DNA from: Acutalibacteraceae bacterium | GTDB taxonomy: Bacteria > Bacillota > Clostridia > Oscillospirales > Acutalibacteraceae | Direction: 5' to 3' | DNA: 64,000 bases | NCBI GenBank assembly: GCA_051892415.1 | Contig: JBJFGF010000009.1 | Coordinates: forward strand, 35,444 to 99,443 | Shown here: positions 27,972 through 37,739 of the stretch, one piece after another | Numbering within the stretch: position 1 is the stretch's first letter | How the letters are laid out: each line of letters begins with the position of its first letter | Program-made: the position numbers and the translations under genes | Notes under the pieces: generated by a model | What the model was told of the DNA's origin: nothing | What the model saw: the letters and a program-made list of their open reading frames with translations, nothing else | The model's database searches: none

Positions 27972-29231
27972 TTAAGTATTATCGATATTATCGGGATAGG
28001 CTTTCTCCCCATTTGCAACAAAATTTGCAAGTTTTTTTAAATAACCTAAATAACCTAATTCTTCAACCGCCGATTTCGCCGTTATTTTATATTCCGCTAC
28101 GGTTTTATCCGCAACCGATACTGTAACGGTACCTATTGTTTGATTCTCTGTAACAGGGGCTTCAAGCAGTTCTTCCGCTTTAATATTAACTTTGACCCGG
28201 TCCGCCTCCCCTTTTTTTACAAGTACGGGAGTAATTTCCGGCAATTTCGGTGAAACGTAATCACATTTACCGCCGATAACCTTAATGTCTTTCAAGTCAT
28301 TTTTGTTTATTGGTGCCGTGACACAGGAATAGTTAGAAAAGCCCCAATTAAGCATCCCTTTAGCGGTGTTGAATCGGTCATTACTGTTGTCGCTTCCCAT
28401 TACAACGGCTATTAAATGCAGACCGTCCCGTTCGGCAGAAGCACTTATACAACAACCTGCTTTTGCCGTTGTGCCGGTTTTCAGTCCCGTTGCTCCGCTG
28501 TAAAACCTGACAAGTTTGTTTGTGTTTACCAGTTCGGTTTTACCGTCACGCAAGGAGTCCATCCAGACTGTTGTGTAATCCCTTATAAAATCGTGTTTTA
28601 GAAGTTCTCTCGACATTATGGCAATATCTCTTGCAGTTGTTAAATGGGTATCGGTTGTGTCGTCAAGACCTGTTGCATTTTCAAAATGAGTGTTTTCCAT
28701 TTTCAGTTCTTTAGCCTTTGAGTTCATCATATCAATAAAAGCAGTCTCGCTTCCCGCAACATACTCACCCAACAAAGTTGCCGCGTCGTTTGCGCTGCCG
28801 ATTGCCGTAGCCCTGAGAAGTTCGTCAACAGTCATAATCTCCCCTTCTTCAAGCCAAATCTGCGATCCGCCCTTTGATGCGGCATTTGATGAACAGGAAA
28901 CCTTATCTGCAAGAGTAATTTTCTTGTTTGAAACGGCTTCAGCCACAAGGAGCATTGTCATAATTTTGGTTACGGAAGCGGGAAAAAGTTTTGTATCCGC
29001 ATTATATTCCAATAAAACCTCACCGCTTGACACCTCTACAAGAATTGCAGATTTTGCCTTGATTTCAACGGGTAAATTATCAAGTTTTTTTTGCTCCTCA
29101 GCCGTTACGGTAATTTTTGCTACTTCAATATCTTCGTTTTCCTTTGTTATTGCCTTTTCTGCTGCAAATACCGGTTGGGTTAACCCGAATATCATTATAA
29201 AAGACAGTACAGCAGCTAAAAATTTTTTCAT
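27972..29231 (-). CDS. D-alanyl-D-alanine carboxypeptidase (PBP5/DacB/DacF family)
   Basis: Signal peptide, SVTKIMT (SxxK), SANDAA (SxN), and KTGTT (KTG). Start at ATG 29231. Confidence 0.9.
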   Translation of the reverse strand: MKKFLAAVLSFIMIFGLTQPVFAAEKAITKENEDIEVAKITVTAEEQKKLDNLPVEIKAKSAILVEVSSGEVLLEYNADTKLFPASVTKIMTMLLVAEAVSNKKITLADKVSCSSNAASKGGSQIWLEEGEIMTVDELLRATAIGSANDAATLLGEYVAGSETAFIDMMNSKAKELKMENTHFENATGLDDTTDTHLTTARDIAIMSRELLKHDFIRDYTTVWMDSLRDGKTELVNTNKLVRFYSGATGLKTGTTAKAGCCISASAERDGLHLIAVVMGSDNSNDRFNTAKGMLNWGFSNYSCVTAPINKNDLKDIKVIGGKCDYVSPKLPEITPVLVKKGEADRVKVNIKAEELLEAPVTENQTIGTVTVSVADKTVAEYKITAKSAVEELGYLGYLKKLANFVANGEKAYPDNIDNT

Positions 29232-29311
29232 AATACCACCCCTTACAGAGAGTGTATGAAGATGTATAAAAAATAAGAACTCGTAAAACATCTATATAGT
29301 CAATTCACGTA

Positions 29312-29345
29312 TAAAAAACAGCACACCCGCCATCAACGGATGTGC
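29312..29345 (-). terminator. intrinsic terminator after prmA
   Basis: Stem gcacatccg/cgggtgtgc (one mismatch) on the minus strand, followed by UGUUUUUU. Confidence 0.65.
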
Positions 29346-29363
29346 ATAAGTTATTTTAAATTT

Positions 29364-30281
29364 CTATTCACATACTAAACAGACCCAACCGCCCTGTTGG
29401 ATTTTTTCTTTAACGGTAAGTTTTGCTTTTGTTAATGCGGCGCATACTTCGTCCGCCCTTGTATCTATAATACCCGAAGCAATAAACTTAGCGCCCGGTT
29501 TCATAAAGGCTTTAACCTGTGTACTGAAAAGGATAATCACATCCGCAACAATATTTGCCACAACAACATCATACTGTTTTGTAACCTTATCCGCCAAATC
29601 ACCGCAGACAAATTTTAATTGCGGCTCCTCAAATCCGTTCATTTTTCCGTTTTCCTTTGCGGTTTTTACGGCTAATTCGTCAATATCAACACCGAATGCC
29701 TCCGTAGCACCCAAAAGCATTGATGAAATGGCAAGAATACCGCTACCGCAACCTATATCAAGGACGGAATCCCCTTTTTTTACTGTTTTATCGAGGGTTT
29801 CAAGGCAAAGACGGGTTGTATCGTGGGTACCCGTACCGAATGCGGCGCCCGGCTCAATATTCAGAACAACTCTGTCCCCTGCATCGTAATCGTCAATCCA
29901 TACAGGACGGACAAAAAGCCGTTCACCCACAGCCATGGGCTTGAAAAATGCTTTCCATTTATCCGCCCAATCCTCCTCTGAGCAACCGACGGTTTCAATT
30001 CTGAATTCTATTTTTTCTTCAGTGAGCCTCTCGGAAACAAAGGATACCGCTTCAGCAGGGTTGTCCTGCTCCCCTATATAGATATGAATTACGGATTCGT
30101 TTCTGTCCTTTTTAAGTAAATCCTCGTCAATAAGGTCGATATGAGCAATCTCCCAAGCCGATTCTTCAAGGTCGCTGTAATCCTCTATATATATTCCGTA
30201 GGGCACTGCCATTACGGCAATATTTGATACACGTTCCGTATCTTCGGTTTTTACGTAAATTTTTACTTCCGTATATTCCAT
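29364..30281 (-). CDS. prmA: ribosomal protein L11 methyltransferase
   Basis: GTGTHDTT and DIGCGSGILA SAM motifs. Start at ATG 30281, just after the yhaM stop at 30283. Confidence 0.92.
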   Translation of the reverse strand: MEYTEVKIYVKTEDTERVSNIAVMAVPYGIYIEDYSDLEESAWEIAHIDLIDEDLLKKDRNESVIHIYIGEQDNPAEAVSFVSERLTEEKIEFRIETVGCSEEDWADKWKAFFKPMAVGERLFVRPVWIDDYDAGDRVVLNIEPGAAFGTGTHDTTRLCLETLDKTVKKGDSVLDIGCGSGILAISSMLLGATEAFGVDIDELAVKTAKENGKMNGFEEPQLKFVCGDLADKVTKQYDVVVANIVADVIILFSTQVKAFMKPGAKFIASGIIDTRADEVCAALTKAKLTVKEKIQQGGWVCLVCE

Positions 30282-30282
30282 A

Positions 30283-31260
30283 CTATTCCCCGTCCATAAT
30301 ATTAGCCTGGGGTTCAACGTCGATTCTGCCATGGTTATAAAGTTTTCTGTTATCAAGCATCCAAAGCCTTCCCGTAAACTCCCCGGCTTTTACTCCACCG
30401 ACTGCCTCAGCCATTTCATACATATTTGCATCAAAAAGGTCAAGCTGCGAAAGAACCTCGGCTTCAATAAAAGCCGGTCTTACCGCCGCACCGAATTCAA
30501 GTTTTCCATGGTGTGAGATAAGCATATGCTGTAAAAGGAATTTTTTCTCCTCGGCTATACCCAACTCATCACATTTTTTGCCCACATCCTCTGCACCCAT
30601 TACAAGATGTCCCAACAGCATACCCTCAAGAGTATGTCCGTCAACTATTCCTGCCGCGTTTACCGAGTACTCGCGCATTTTTGCAATATCGTGAAGAATT
30701 GCACCTGAAAGAAGAAGTTCTCTGTCTATACAGGGATAGATACTGCAAACACATTCCGCAAGACGCACTATTGAAAGCGTATGGTACAGAAGTCCGCCCG
30801 TCATAGCGTGGTGCAGTTTTTCCGCCGCCGGAAAGAAAAGAAGATTTTCCTTGTTATCACTTAGCATTGAAAGTACAAGCCTTTTTAGTTCATCATCTTC
30901 AAAACCGTTAACAATTCTAACAATGGAATCAAGCATATCACTTCCGCTGTAATCGGAAGTTTTAACAAAATCCGCCATATCATATTCATCATCCTGTGCG
31001 GGACGCATTCTTTGAATGATAAACTGGTCGTTTCCGTTGTACTGCTGAACGGTTCCTCTGATTTTAACAACAGTATTTACTTCGGGGAGAGTATGTACCT
31101 CCTCTTTGAAATCCCAAAGTTTTGCCACCATTTCGCTGTCTTTATCACCTATTTTTATATCAAGGTAAAAGGTACCGTTCTTTGCACTTTTTTTATCACA
31201 GGTTTTTATGAGAGCAAAGCCCTCAACAAATCCTGCTTTTTCACAATCAGTAAATTTCAT
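30283..31260 (-). CDS. yhaM: 3'-5' exoribonuclease YhaM-like (OB-fold plus HD domain)
   Basis: N-terminal OB fold (FYLDIKIGDKD...AKLWDF) and an HD domain (LYHTLS, HDIAK, SHHG). Confidence 0.85.
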   Translation of the reverse strand: MKFTDCEKAGFVEGFALIKTCDKKSAKNGTFYLDIKIGDKDSEMVAKLWDFKEEVHTLPEVNTVVKIRGTVQQYNGNDQFIIQRMRPAQDDEYDMADFVKTSDYSGSDMLDSIVRIVNGFEDDELKRLVLSMLSDNKENLLFFPAAEKLHHAMTGGLLYHTLSIVRLAECVCSIYPCIDRELLLSGAILHDIAKMREYSVNAAGIVDGHTLEGMLLGHLVMGAEDVGKKCDELGIAEEKKFLLQHMLISHHGKLEFGAAVRPAFIEAEVLSQLDLFDANMYEMAEAVGGVKAGEFTGRLWMLDNRKLYNHGRIDVEPQANIMDGE

Positions 31261-31261
31261 A

Positions 31262-31945
31262 CTACACCTCAGAAAGTTTTCTTATTATATATGACGCCAT
31301 CAAATACCCTGCCACAGGAGGAGTAAAAGACGTTGACCCGGGAACCGAGGACTCGGTTTTTATGGGTTCTTCCTTTGAATAAACAACAGTCAGTTTTTTT
31401 ATGCCCCTGTTTTTTAGTTCCCGTCTGATAACACGTGCCAATGGGCAAACACTTGTTTCAGATATGTCCGTTATTTCAAACATTTCCGGATGAAGTTTAT
31501 TACCCGTTCCCATGGAAGAAATAATAGGAATACCGAGTTTGTCCGACCTCTCAATTAACTCAAGCTTTGCAGTTACATTGTCAACGGCATCAACAATAAA
31601 ATCGTATTTAGTAAGGTCGATTTGATCCGCAGTTTCGGGGAGATAAAATAAATCATATTTTTCGATGTTTATTTTCGGGTTAATGCTTAACGCTCTTTTT
31701 TGTGCCGCATCCACCTTTTTTTCTCCGATGTTTTCGTCAGTAGCAATAATCTGCCGGTTAAGATTTGTAATATCTATTACATCCTTATCAACAACGGCAA
31801 CAGTACCCACCCCGCCTCTCACTAAGGCTTCCAATACCGCGCCGCCCACTCCGCCGATACCGAAAACGATAACCGAACTATTATTCAGTTTTTTTATACG
31901 CTCTTCTCCTAAAATACGGCTTGAACGTGAAAATCTTTCGTCCAT
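31262..31945 (-). CDS. tcdA: tRNA threonylcarbamoyladenosine dehydratase (ThiF/E1-like)
   Basis: VFGIGGVGG Rossmann fold and NLNRQ motif. Size is about 230 aa. Confidence 0.85.
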   Translation of the reverse strand: MDERFSRSSRILGEERIKKLNNSSVIVFGIGGVGGAVLEALVRGGVGTVAVVDKDVIDITNLNRQIIATDENIGEKKVDAAQKRALSINPKINIEKYDLFYLPETADQIDLTKYDFIVDAVDNVTAKLELIERSDKLGIPIISSMGTGNKLHPEMFEITDISETSVCPLARVIRRELKNRGIKKLTVVYSKEEPIKTESSVPGSTSFTPPVAGYLMASYIIRKLSEV

Positions 31946-32027
31946 TTTATTCTCCTGTTATTTTATAGTTCAATTATAATATACCAAAAAATATTGTCAA
32001 CAATTAAAGATGAGATTAATATTTTGA

Positions 32028-33632
32028 GTGGTGAGTTTTTTGAAAAAGAGGGTTATATCGTCCGTAACGGTTATTGTTTTTTTGTTTACCGCCCTTTTGG
32101 GAAAACTTCTGTATATTTCAACAAATGCCGACTTTGTTGCAGTTCAACCCCATATCAGAGTTCGTGAATTGGGAAAAAGAACAGGAACTATCTACGACAG
32201 AAAGGGAGTAAAACTAACTAACCGAGAAACAAAAACCCTTGTTTGTGCAAAACCCACTACCGAAAACGCTGTTATGGTAAATAAAATCAAAGGAAAGGCT
32301 TTCACGGAAGAAACACTTTTAAAAGGTTATTTTACAACTTTTTCTTTGGATGATGATACAACTGTAACAGAAAGTGAAAATTTAAAAACATTCAAAATAT
32401 TTGAAAGATACTCCGATTGTGTTGCGCTCCATATTTTAGGTTACACGGATACAAGCGGTAACGGCGTTACGGGAATAGAAAAGTATTATCAAAAAGAAAT
32501 ACAAAAAAGCGACGGATCATTATCAGTTGCGTTTTCAGCAGACGCTTTGGGCAGAATGTTGGTAGGAGAAAGCGTTGAAATAAGAGACAACAACTACTAT
32601 TCCGACTGTGGAATTATGTTGACATTGGACAGAAGAATACAGATCATAACCGAAAATGCATTGAAAAACGGAAACATTGATAAGGGAGCCGCCGTAGTGC
32701 TTGATGTGAAAAACTCCGCTATTCTCGCCTGCGCTTCCACCCCTGTTTATGAACGTGATAATATCGGGAAATATTTGAAATCAACGGATTCTCCTTTTCT
32801 CAACAGGGCTTTGGAGGCCTTTCCCGTAGGGTCTGTATTCAAACCCGTAACCGCTGCCGCCGCTTTGGAAAACGGAATAAAACTAAAGGATTTTTACTGC
32901 ACGGGTTCCATCAAGAAAAGCGGGAACAAATTTAATTGCAACAAAACCGCAGGACACGGCAAAATCGACTTTAACACCGCCGTTGCCCTTTCTTGTAATC
33001 CTTATTTTATTGAACTAAGTACACAGGTGGGTGGAAAAGAACTTTTAAGCACCGCCGAAAAATTGGGGTTTGGCAAGGCTATTGATTTAGGGAACGGATT
33101 TTTTACCGCTTCCGGATATTTGCCTGATTCAAAAGAACTGAACAGCGACGCGGCAATAGGCAATCTTGGCTTCGGTCAGGGAAAATTAACGGCATCTCCC
33201 TTGCAAATCGCGGCTTGCTTTGCGGCAATCGCCAACGGCGGAACCTACAATATTCCTTACATTTACAAAGGATACGTTAACGAAAACGGAAGTCTTACTC
33301 CTGCAATTCAAACAGCGGGAAAACGTGTTTTGTCAGAAGATACCTGCAAAACTTTAAAGAATGCATTATCAAAAACAATAACCGAGGGTACGGGCAAGGT
33401 TGCTTTTTCTTCTCTTTTTGATTCCTGTGCCAAAACCGCCACCGCCGAAAGCGGACAATACGATGAAAACGGTAAAGAAATCAAATACTGTTGGTTCACG
33501 GGATTTTTTCCTGCGGACGCCCCCCAATACGTCATTTGCATATTAAAAGAAAACGGAAGTTCCGGCGGAACGGACGGAGCACCCGTTTTTAAAGAAATCA
33601 GCGAAAAAATATTTGTTGAATTTTCTGATTAG
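32028..33632 (+). CDS. penicillin-binding protein, class B transpeptidase (FtsI/SpoVD-like)
   Basis: N-terminal TM segment, SVFKP (SxxK), SCN (SxN-like), and KTATA (KTG-like). The start codon (GTG 32028) is uncertain. Confidence 0.8.
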   Translation: MVSFLKKRVISSVTVIVFLFTALLGKLLYISTNADFVAVQPHIRVRELGKRTGTIYDRKGVKLTNRETKTLVCAKPTTENAVMVNKIKGKAFTEETLLKGYFTTFSLDDDTTVTESENLKTFKIFERYSDCVALHILGYTDTSGNGVTGIEKYYQKEIQKSDGSLSVAFSADALGRMLVGESVEIRDNNYYSDCGIMLTLDRRIQIITENALKNGNIDKGAAVVLDVKNSAILACASTPVYERDNIGKYLKSTDSPFLNRALEAFPVGSVFKPVTAAAALENGIKLKDFYCTGSIKKSGNKFNCNKTAGHGKIDFNTAVALSCNPYFIELSTQVGGKELLSTAEKLGFGKAIDLGNGFFTASGYLPDSKELNSDAAIGNLGFGQGKLTASPLQIAACFAAIANGGTYNIPYIYKGYVNENGSLTPAIQTAGKRVLSEDTCKTLKNALSKTITEGTGKVAFSSLFDSCAKTATAESGQYDENGKEIKYCWFTGFFPADAPQYVICILKENGSSGGTDGAPVFKEISEKIFVEFSD

Positions 33633-34882
33633 TGAAGGTCAAGAACTTTTTGCGCTCCTAAAAGAACACCGATTTTTGCGCTGTGAAAATTAAGACCGCC
33701 CTGAAGCCATACCGCAAAAGGTTCACGTAATGGTGCATCGGCAGAAAGTTCAATGGATGAGCCGTTTGTAAAGGCGCCTGCAGCCATGATAACATCATTA
33801 TCATAACCCGGCATTGCCCAGGGTTCTGGAACGACGTAACTATCTACTACGGAACCGCTTTGAAGTCCTTGACAAAAAGCGATGAGTTTTTCCCTGTTGC
33901 CGAGTTTTATGCATTGTATAATATCTGCACGGTTTTCGGTGCTTGCGGGAGAAACCCAATACCCCATTTCTTCAAACACAGCGGCTGTGAACACGGCGGT
34001 TTTGAGAGCCTCTCCCGTTACGTGAGGTGCATGAAATAGCCCCATAAAAATATCTCTTGTGTTACCGAGAGTTGCTCCCACCTCTTTACCGATACCGGGA
34101 GTTGTAAGTCTGTACGAACAAAGCTCCACAAGTTCTTTTTTACCCGCAATGTAACCGCCGCATTTTGCAATACCGCCACCGGGATTTTTTATAAGTGAGC
34201 CTGCAAATATATCCGCACCCGCATCAACGGGTGTTTCGCACTCCGTAAACTCACCGTAGCAGTTATCAAGCATTGTTATTGCATTACTGTCAGCCTTAAC
34301 AATATCGGTAATTGCTTTAATGTCCTTGTATGTCAAAGTTGGTCTCAAAGCGTAACCTCTTGAACGTTGAATATAAACCGCCCTGTATTCCTTTTCGGAA
34401 AGTTTTTGTCCCAACGCATCCAAATCAACTGTTCCGTCGTCTTTAAGTTCAAGAATTTCAAAACTTATTCCGAAATCTTTAAGGGAGCCCATACCCTCTC
34501 CTGTAATGCCTATAACGGAATGTATGGTGTCGTAAGGAACTCCCGTTGCACAAAGTACCGTGTCACCGGGACGAAGAATACCGAAAAGCATAACGCTTAA
34601 AGTGTGGGTACCGCTTGCAAAACTGTGACGGATGAGCGCGTCCTCTGCGCCGAAAATCTGCGCCGTCACATTGTCAAGAACTTCACGTCCTCTGTCACCG
34701 TAACCGTAACCCGTTGACCCCGAAAAATGGGATTCACTGACCCCGTTATCTATAAAAGCCTTTAAAACTCTTTGTTGATTAAATTCCGCCACTCTGTCAA
34801 TTTCCGAAAATCTTTCACTGCATTTTAATAGGGCTTTTTCGGATATTTCTGTTAATCGATCGCTAAAATTAAAAAATGCCAT
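33629..34882 (-). CDS. methionine gamma-lyase family PLP protein (YnbB / aluminium-resistance-protein-like)
   Basis: GSTGYGYGDRGRE motif and a PLP-fold. Confidence 0.8.
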   Translation of the reverse strand: MAFFNFSDRLTEISEKALLKCSERFSEIDRVAEFNQQRVLKAFIDNGVSESHFSGSTGYGYGDRGREVLDNVTAQIFGAEDALIRHSFASGTHTLSVMLFGILRPGDTVLCATGVPYDTIHSVIGITGEGMGSLKDFGISFEILELKDDGTVDLDALGQKLSEKEYRAVYIQRSRGYALRPTLTYKDIKAITDIVKADSNAITMLDNCYGEFTECETPVDAGADIFAGSLIKNPGGGIAKCGGYIAGKKELVELCSYRLTTPGIGKEVGATLGNTRDIFMGLFHAPHVTGEALKTAVFTAAVFEEMGYWVSPASTENRADIIQCIKLGNREKLIAFCQGLQSGSVVDSYVVPEPWAMPGYDNDVIMAAGAFTNGSSIELSADAPLREPFAVWLQGGLNFHSAKIGVLLGAQKVLDLH

Positions 34883-34885
34883 TAC

Positions 34886-35623
34886 TTAAACCCACTCTCC
34901 TATAAATACTTTTCCTATATTCACAAAACCGAGTTTTTCATAAAAACCGATATTATCATCTTCACACCAAAGATATACTTCTTTAATTTTCCCACCCGAC
35001 AGGGCATTGAGCAATCCTTTTAAACATTCGCGTGCATAACCTTTATTTCGGTACTCTTTTAAAGTATATACCCCGGCAACAACCGACGTTTCTTTATATA
35101 CCGCCGGAGCAACGGCGCAACTGACAATTTTGTTATCAACGCAAACGTAAGTCGCCTTTGCGTTTTCCGAATTGATTTTCCGAGAAAAATCAGTAAACCA
35201 ATTCTCAAAATTATCACCTTTTTCCGACAACAAAGCAAATATATTTTTATACTCCTCAGTACTTGATTGGGATGTTAACCGAACACAACCGCTCTCAAAA
35301 GTTTGACTACCCAAAAAGCGAAGTAAACTATATTCTTTTTGAACATTACAAATCATATTTAAAGGCGTGTCCGACAGAATACTGACAACTTTAGAAAACT
35401 CAAAAAAATTTTTCAATTCCGAAAAATCGGGATTATCTAAAGTAACAAGGTTAACACAGGTGTTTTTCATAGAAAACAAGGCCGTAATTTCACCGTTCTC
35501 CGCCCTTTGAAGAAAAACTCCGTCAAGACTGCCAAGCGAAAAGACGCCGTCAGTATATAGCAATGAGAAAAGCGGCGATGAAACGCCGCTTATTGATTCA
35601 AAGTCGGTTATTTTCTCAATCAT
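34886..35623 (-). CDS. GNAT-family N-acetyltransferase with an N-terminal domain of unknown function
   Basis: C-terminal YRNKGYARECLKGLL acetyl-CoA binding motif. Confidence 0.7.
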   Translation of the reverse strand: MIEKITDFESISGVSSPLFSLLYTDGVFSLGSLDGVFLQRAENGEITALFSMKNTCVNLVTLDNPDFSELKNFFEFSKVVSILSDTPLNMICNVQKEYSLLRFLGSQTFESGCVRLTSQSSTEEYKNIFALLSEKGDNFENWFTDFSRKINSENAKATYVCVDNKIVSCAVAPAVYKETSVVAGVYTLKEYRNKGYARECLKGLLNALSGGKIKEVYLWCEDDNIGFYEKLGFVNIGKVFIGEWV

Positions 35624-36882
35624 ATTTCACAGCCGCCGTGACTTCTGACTTTAAGAATATAGCAAGAATCTTCACCGAAAACCTTTTTCATTGCAGAAAC
35701 ATAGATTTCTGTTTCGCTTATGGGAACAAATGCTTGAATTGTACCTGCAAATCCGCCGCCGTGAACACGGTAAGCGCCTTTACCTTTGAGAAGTTCTTCC
35801 GTAAGACAGAGGGCAAGTGCAACCGGCTGTGACTCGGGATTTGAGAGTGTAAAGCAGTTTTGATTGTACATATATGAGGATTTTCCGCTTTCGATTATTG
35901 TTTCTTTGAATGTTTCAAAGTCACCCTTTGACAATGCGGCGGCAAGACGTTCAACGCGCTTGTTTTCATTGTAAAAATGAATTGCTCTTTCAACCGCTCT
36001 GTCACCGGTTCTCTTACGAATTTCACCCATATTGTCAAAAACATCTCTCTCAGGAACCTGACGGAGAACACTTTTTCCGAAATACTCTGCAACAGAATTC
36101 ATTTCAAGACGTATTGCGGCATAGTCACCTGTAAGGTCAGCGTGGTTTCCGCCCGTGTCAATAATGCACAAATTGTAGCCGTGTTTTGCTATATCAAAAT
36201 CGACTTTATTGATTACGGGTTTTTCTGTATCTTCAAAATCAATCTGAACAAAACCACCCACCGAACAAGCAGTCTGATCCATAAGACCGCAGGGCTTTTT
36301 GAAATATTCATTTTCCGCATATTGAGAAATCTGCGCAATTTCAACAGCGGTGATTTTTCCGTCGTTATATAAATAGTTGAGTATAGTTCCGATAAGCACT
36401 TCGTAAGCTGCAGAGGACGACAAACCCGAACCCGAAAGGACACGGGATGTTACGGAAGCATTAAAGCCGCCGTATTTATAACCCAACTGACCGAAACGCG
36501 CACAAATGCCCCTGATAAGAGCGTCGGATTTTCCCGCTTCCTCATCTTTAATTTCCAAATCTCCGGAATCCACCGTAATAGGTGAATACCCTTGTGAATT
36601 AACACAGATAATGCCATCTTCACGTGGTGAAACCGCCGCAACTGCATCAAGGTTAATTGCCGCCGCAAGCACTTTTCCGTTGTTATGGTCGGTATGATTA
36701 CCGCCCACCTCTGTTCTGCCCGGTGCGGAGAAAAATCTTAAATCTGCATTTTCGTTAAAATCTTTTTCAAAACACTCTGCAAGTTTTAAAAATCTTTCCT
36801 GCTGAAATCCCACTTCTGCCTCGCCGTAAACATCGGCAAGTCTTTTTGAAAAAGTGTCTGTCAAAATTTCATTTTTTTGCAT
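35620..36882 (-). CDS. galactokinase-family GHMP kinase
   Basis: GRTEVGGNHTDHNNG (galactokinase signature variant) and GHMP motif SGSGLSSSAA. Confidence 0.85.
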   Translation of the reverse strand: MQKNEILTDTFSKRLADVYGEAEVGFQQERFLKLAECFEKDFNENADLRFFSAPGRTEVGGNHTDHNNGKVLAAAINLDAVAAVSPREDGIICVNSQGYSPITVDSGDLEIKDEEAGKSDALIRGICARFGQLGYKYGGFNASVTSRVLSGSGLSSSAAYEVLIGTILNYLYNDGKITAVEIAQISQYAENEYFKKPCGLMDQTACSVGGFVQIDFEDTEKPVINKVDFDIAKHGYNLCIIDTGGNHADLTGDYAAIRLEMNSVAEYFGKSVLRQVPERDVFDNMGEIRKRTGDRAVERAIHFYNENKRVERLAAALSKGDFETFKETIIESGKSSYMYNQNCFTLSNPESQPVALALCLTEELLKGKGAYRVHGGGFAGTIQAFVPISETEIYVSAMKKVFGEDSCYILKVRSHGGCEI

Positions 36883-37633
36883 TTATATCGTCCTTTCGGA
36901 TTAGTTTAAAAAGAGTATCAAGAAGCAATAATGATATACCGCTGATTGCCAACAGAACAGCCAAAGGAGTTAAGAATGATGGGGTAAACGGGTCAAAAAC
37001 ATTGCAACCGATTATACTCCACATTATAAGCCGCGGCAAAAATCCTATGTTTGACAAAATAAGGAACGGGATTATTTTCATATCCGTTGCCCCGTAAGCC
37101 CTGCTGACAGTTCCGACCGGTGCAGCGGGCACAAAACGCAGGACAACCAACATCCATTTATTGCCCTTACCGTGAAAGTCCATGAAAGCGGTTAATGAAT
37201 CGGATTTCAAAAGCAGTTTGTGAACACCGCCGCCACCGAATCTGCGTCCCCACAGGAACTTTATGAGAATAAGCATACTGTAACCGATTACATTGATAAG
37301 TACGGCTATGGTCGGTGAAAAAACAAGACCTGTACCGATAAAAAGCACCGAAAACGGTATAAATCCCAAGAAGGTTTTAACTAAAAAGAAGAACAGAATA
37401 ACTGCCACCGCGTCAAGTTTATCATACTGCGCAATAAAAAGTTCGATACGGGTAAACCAAGCATTGATTTCAGAAAGTTGCACACGTATTTGGGGCAACG
37501 AGGTTAAATACATTGCAAAAATGACCAAAATTGAACAAATAAAGCACCCAACACCCATGCGACGGAGAATTCGGCTTCTTTTTTCTTCTGATGTTAAGTT
37601 TTTAAAAGACAAATCCTCACTCCGTTTCGTCAT
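36869..37633 (-). CDS. TVP38/TMEM64 (DedA-related) family membrane protein
   Basis: Multi-pass membrane protein with a RFVPAAPVGTVSRAYGAT motif. Confidence 0.75.
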   Translation of the reverse strand: MTKRSEDLSFKNLTSEEKRSRILRRMGVGCFICSILVIFAMYLTSLPQIRVQLSEINAWFTRIELFIAQYDKLDAVAVILFFFLVKTFLGFIPFSVLFIGTGLVFSPTIAVLINVIGYSMLILIKFLWGRRFGGGGVHKLLLKSDSLTAFMDFHGKGNKWMLVVLRFVPAAPVGTVSRAYGATDMKIIPFLILSNIGFLPRLIMWSIIGCNVFDPFTPSFLTPLAVLLAISGISLLLLDTLFKLIRKDDINAKK

Positions 37634-37739
37634 GGAAATCTCTGTATATTTTATAACAATTTTGCAAGAAGGTCAAGTAAATAAAAATAAATCATTGAAA
37701 GAGAGTTTAAACATGTGTATAATATAAACGGTGATTGTT

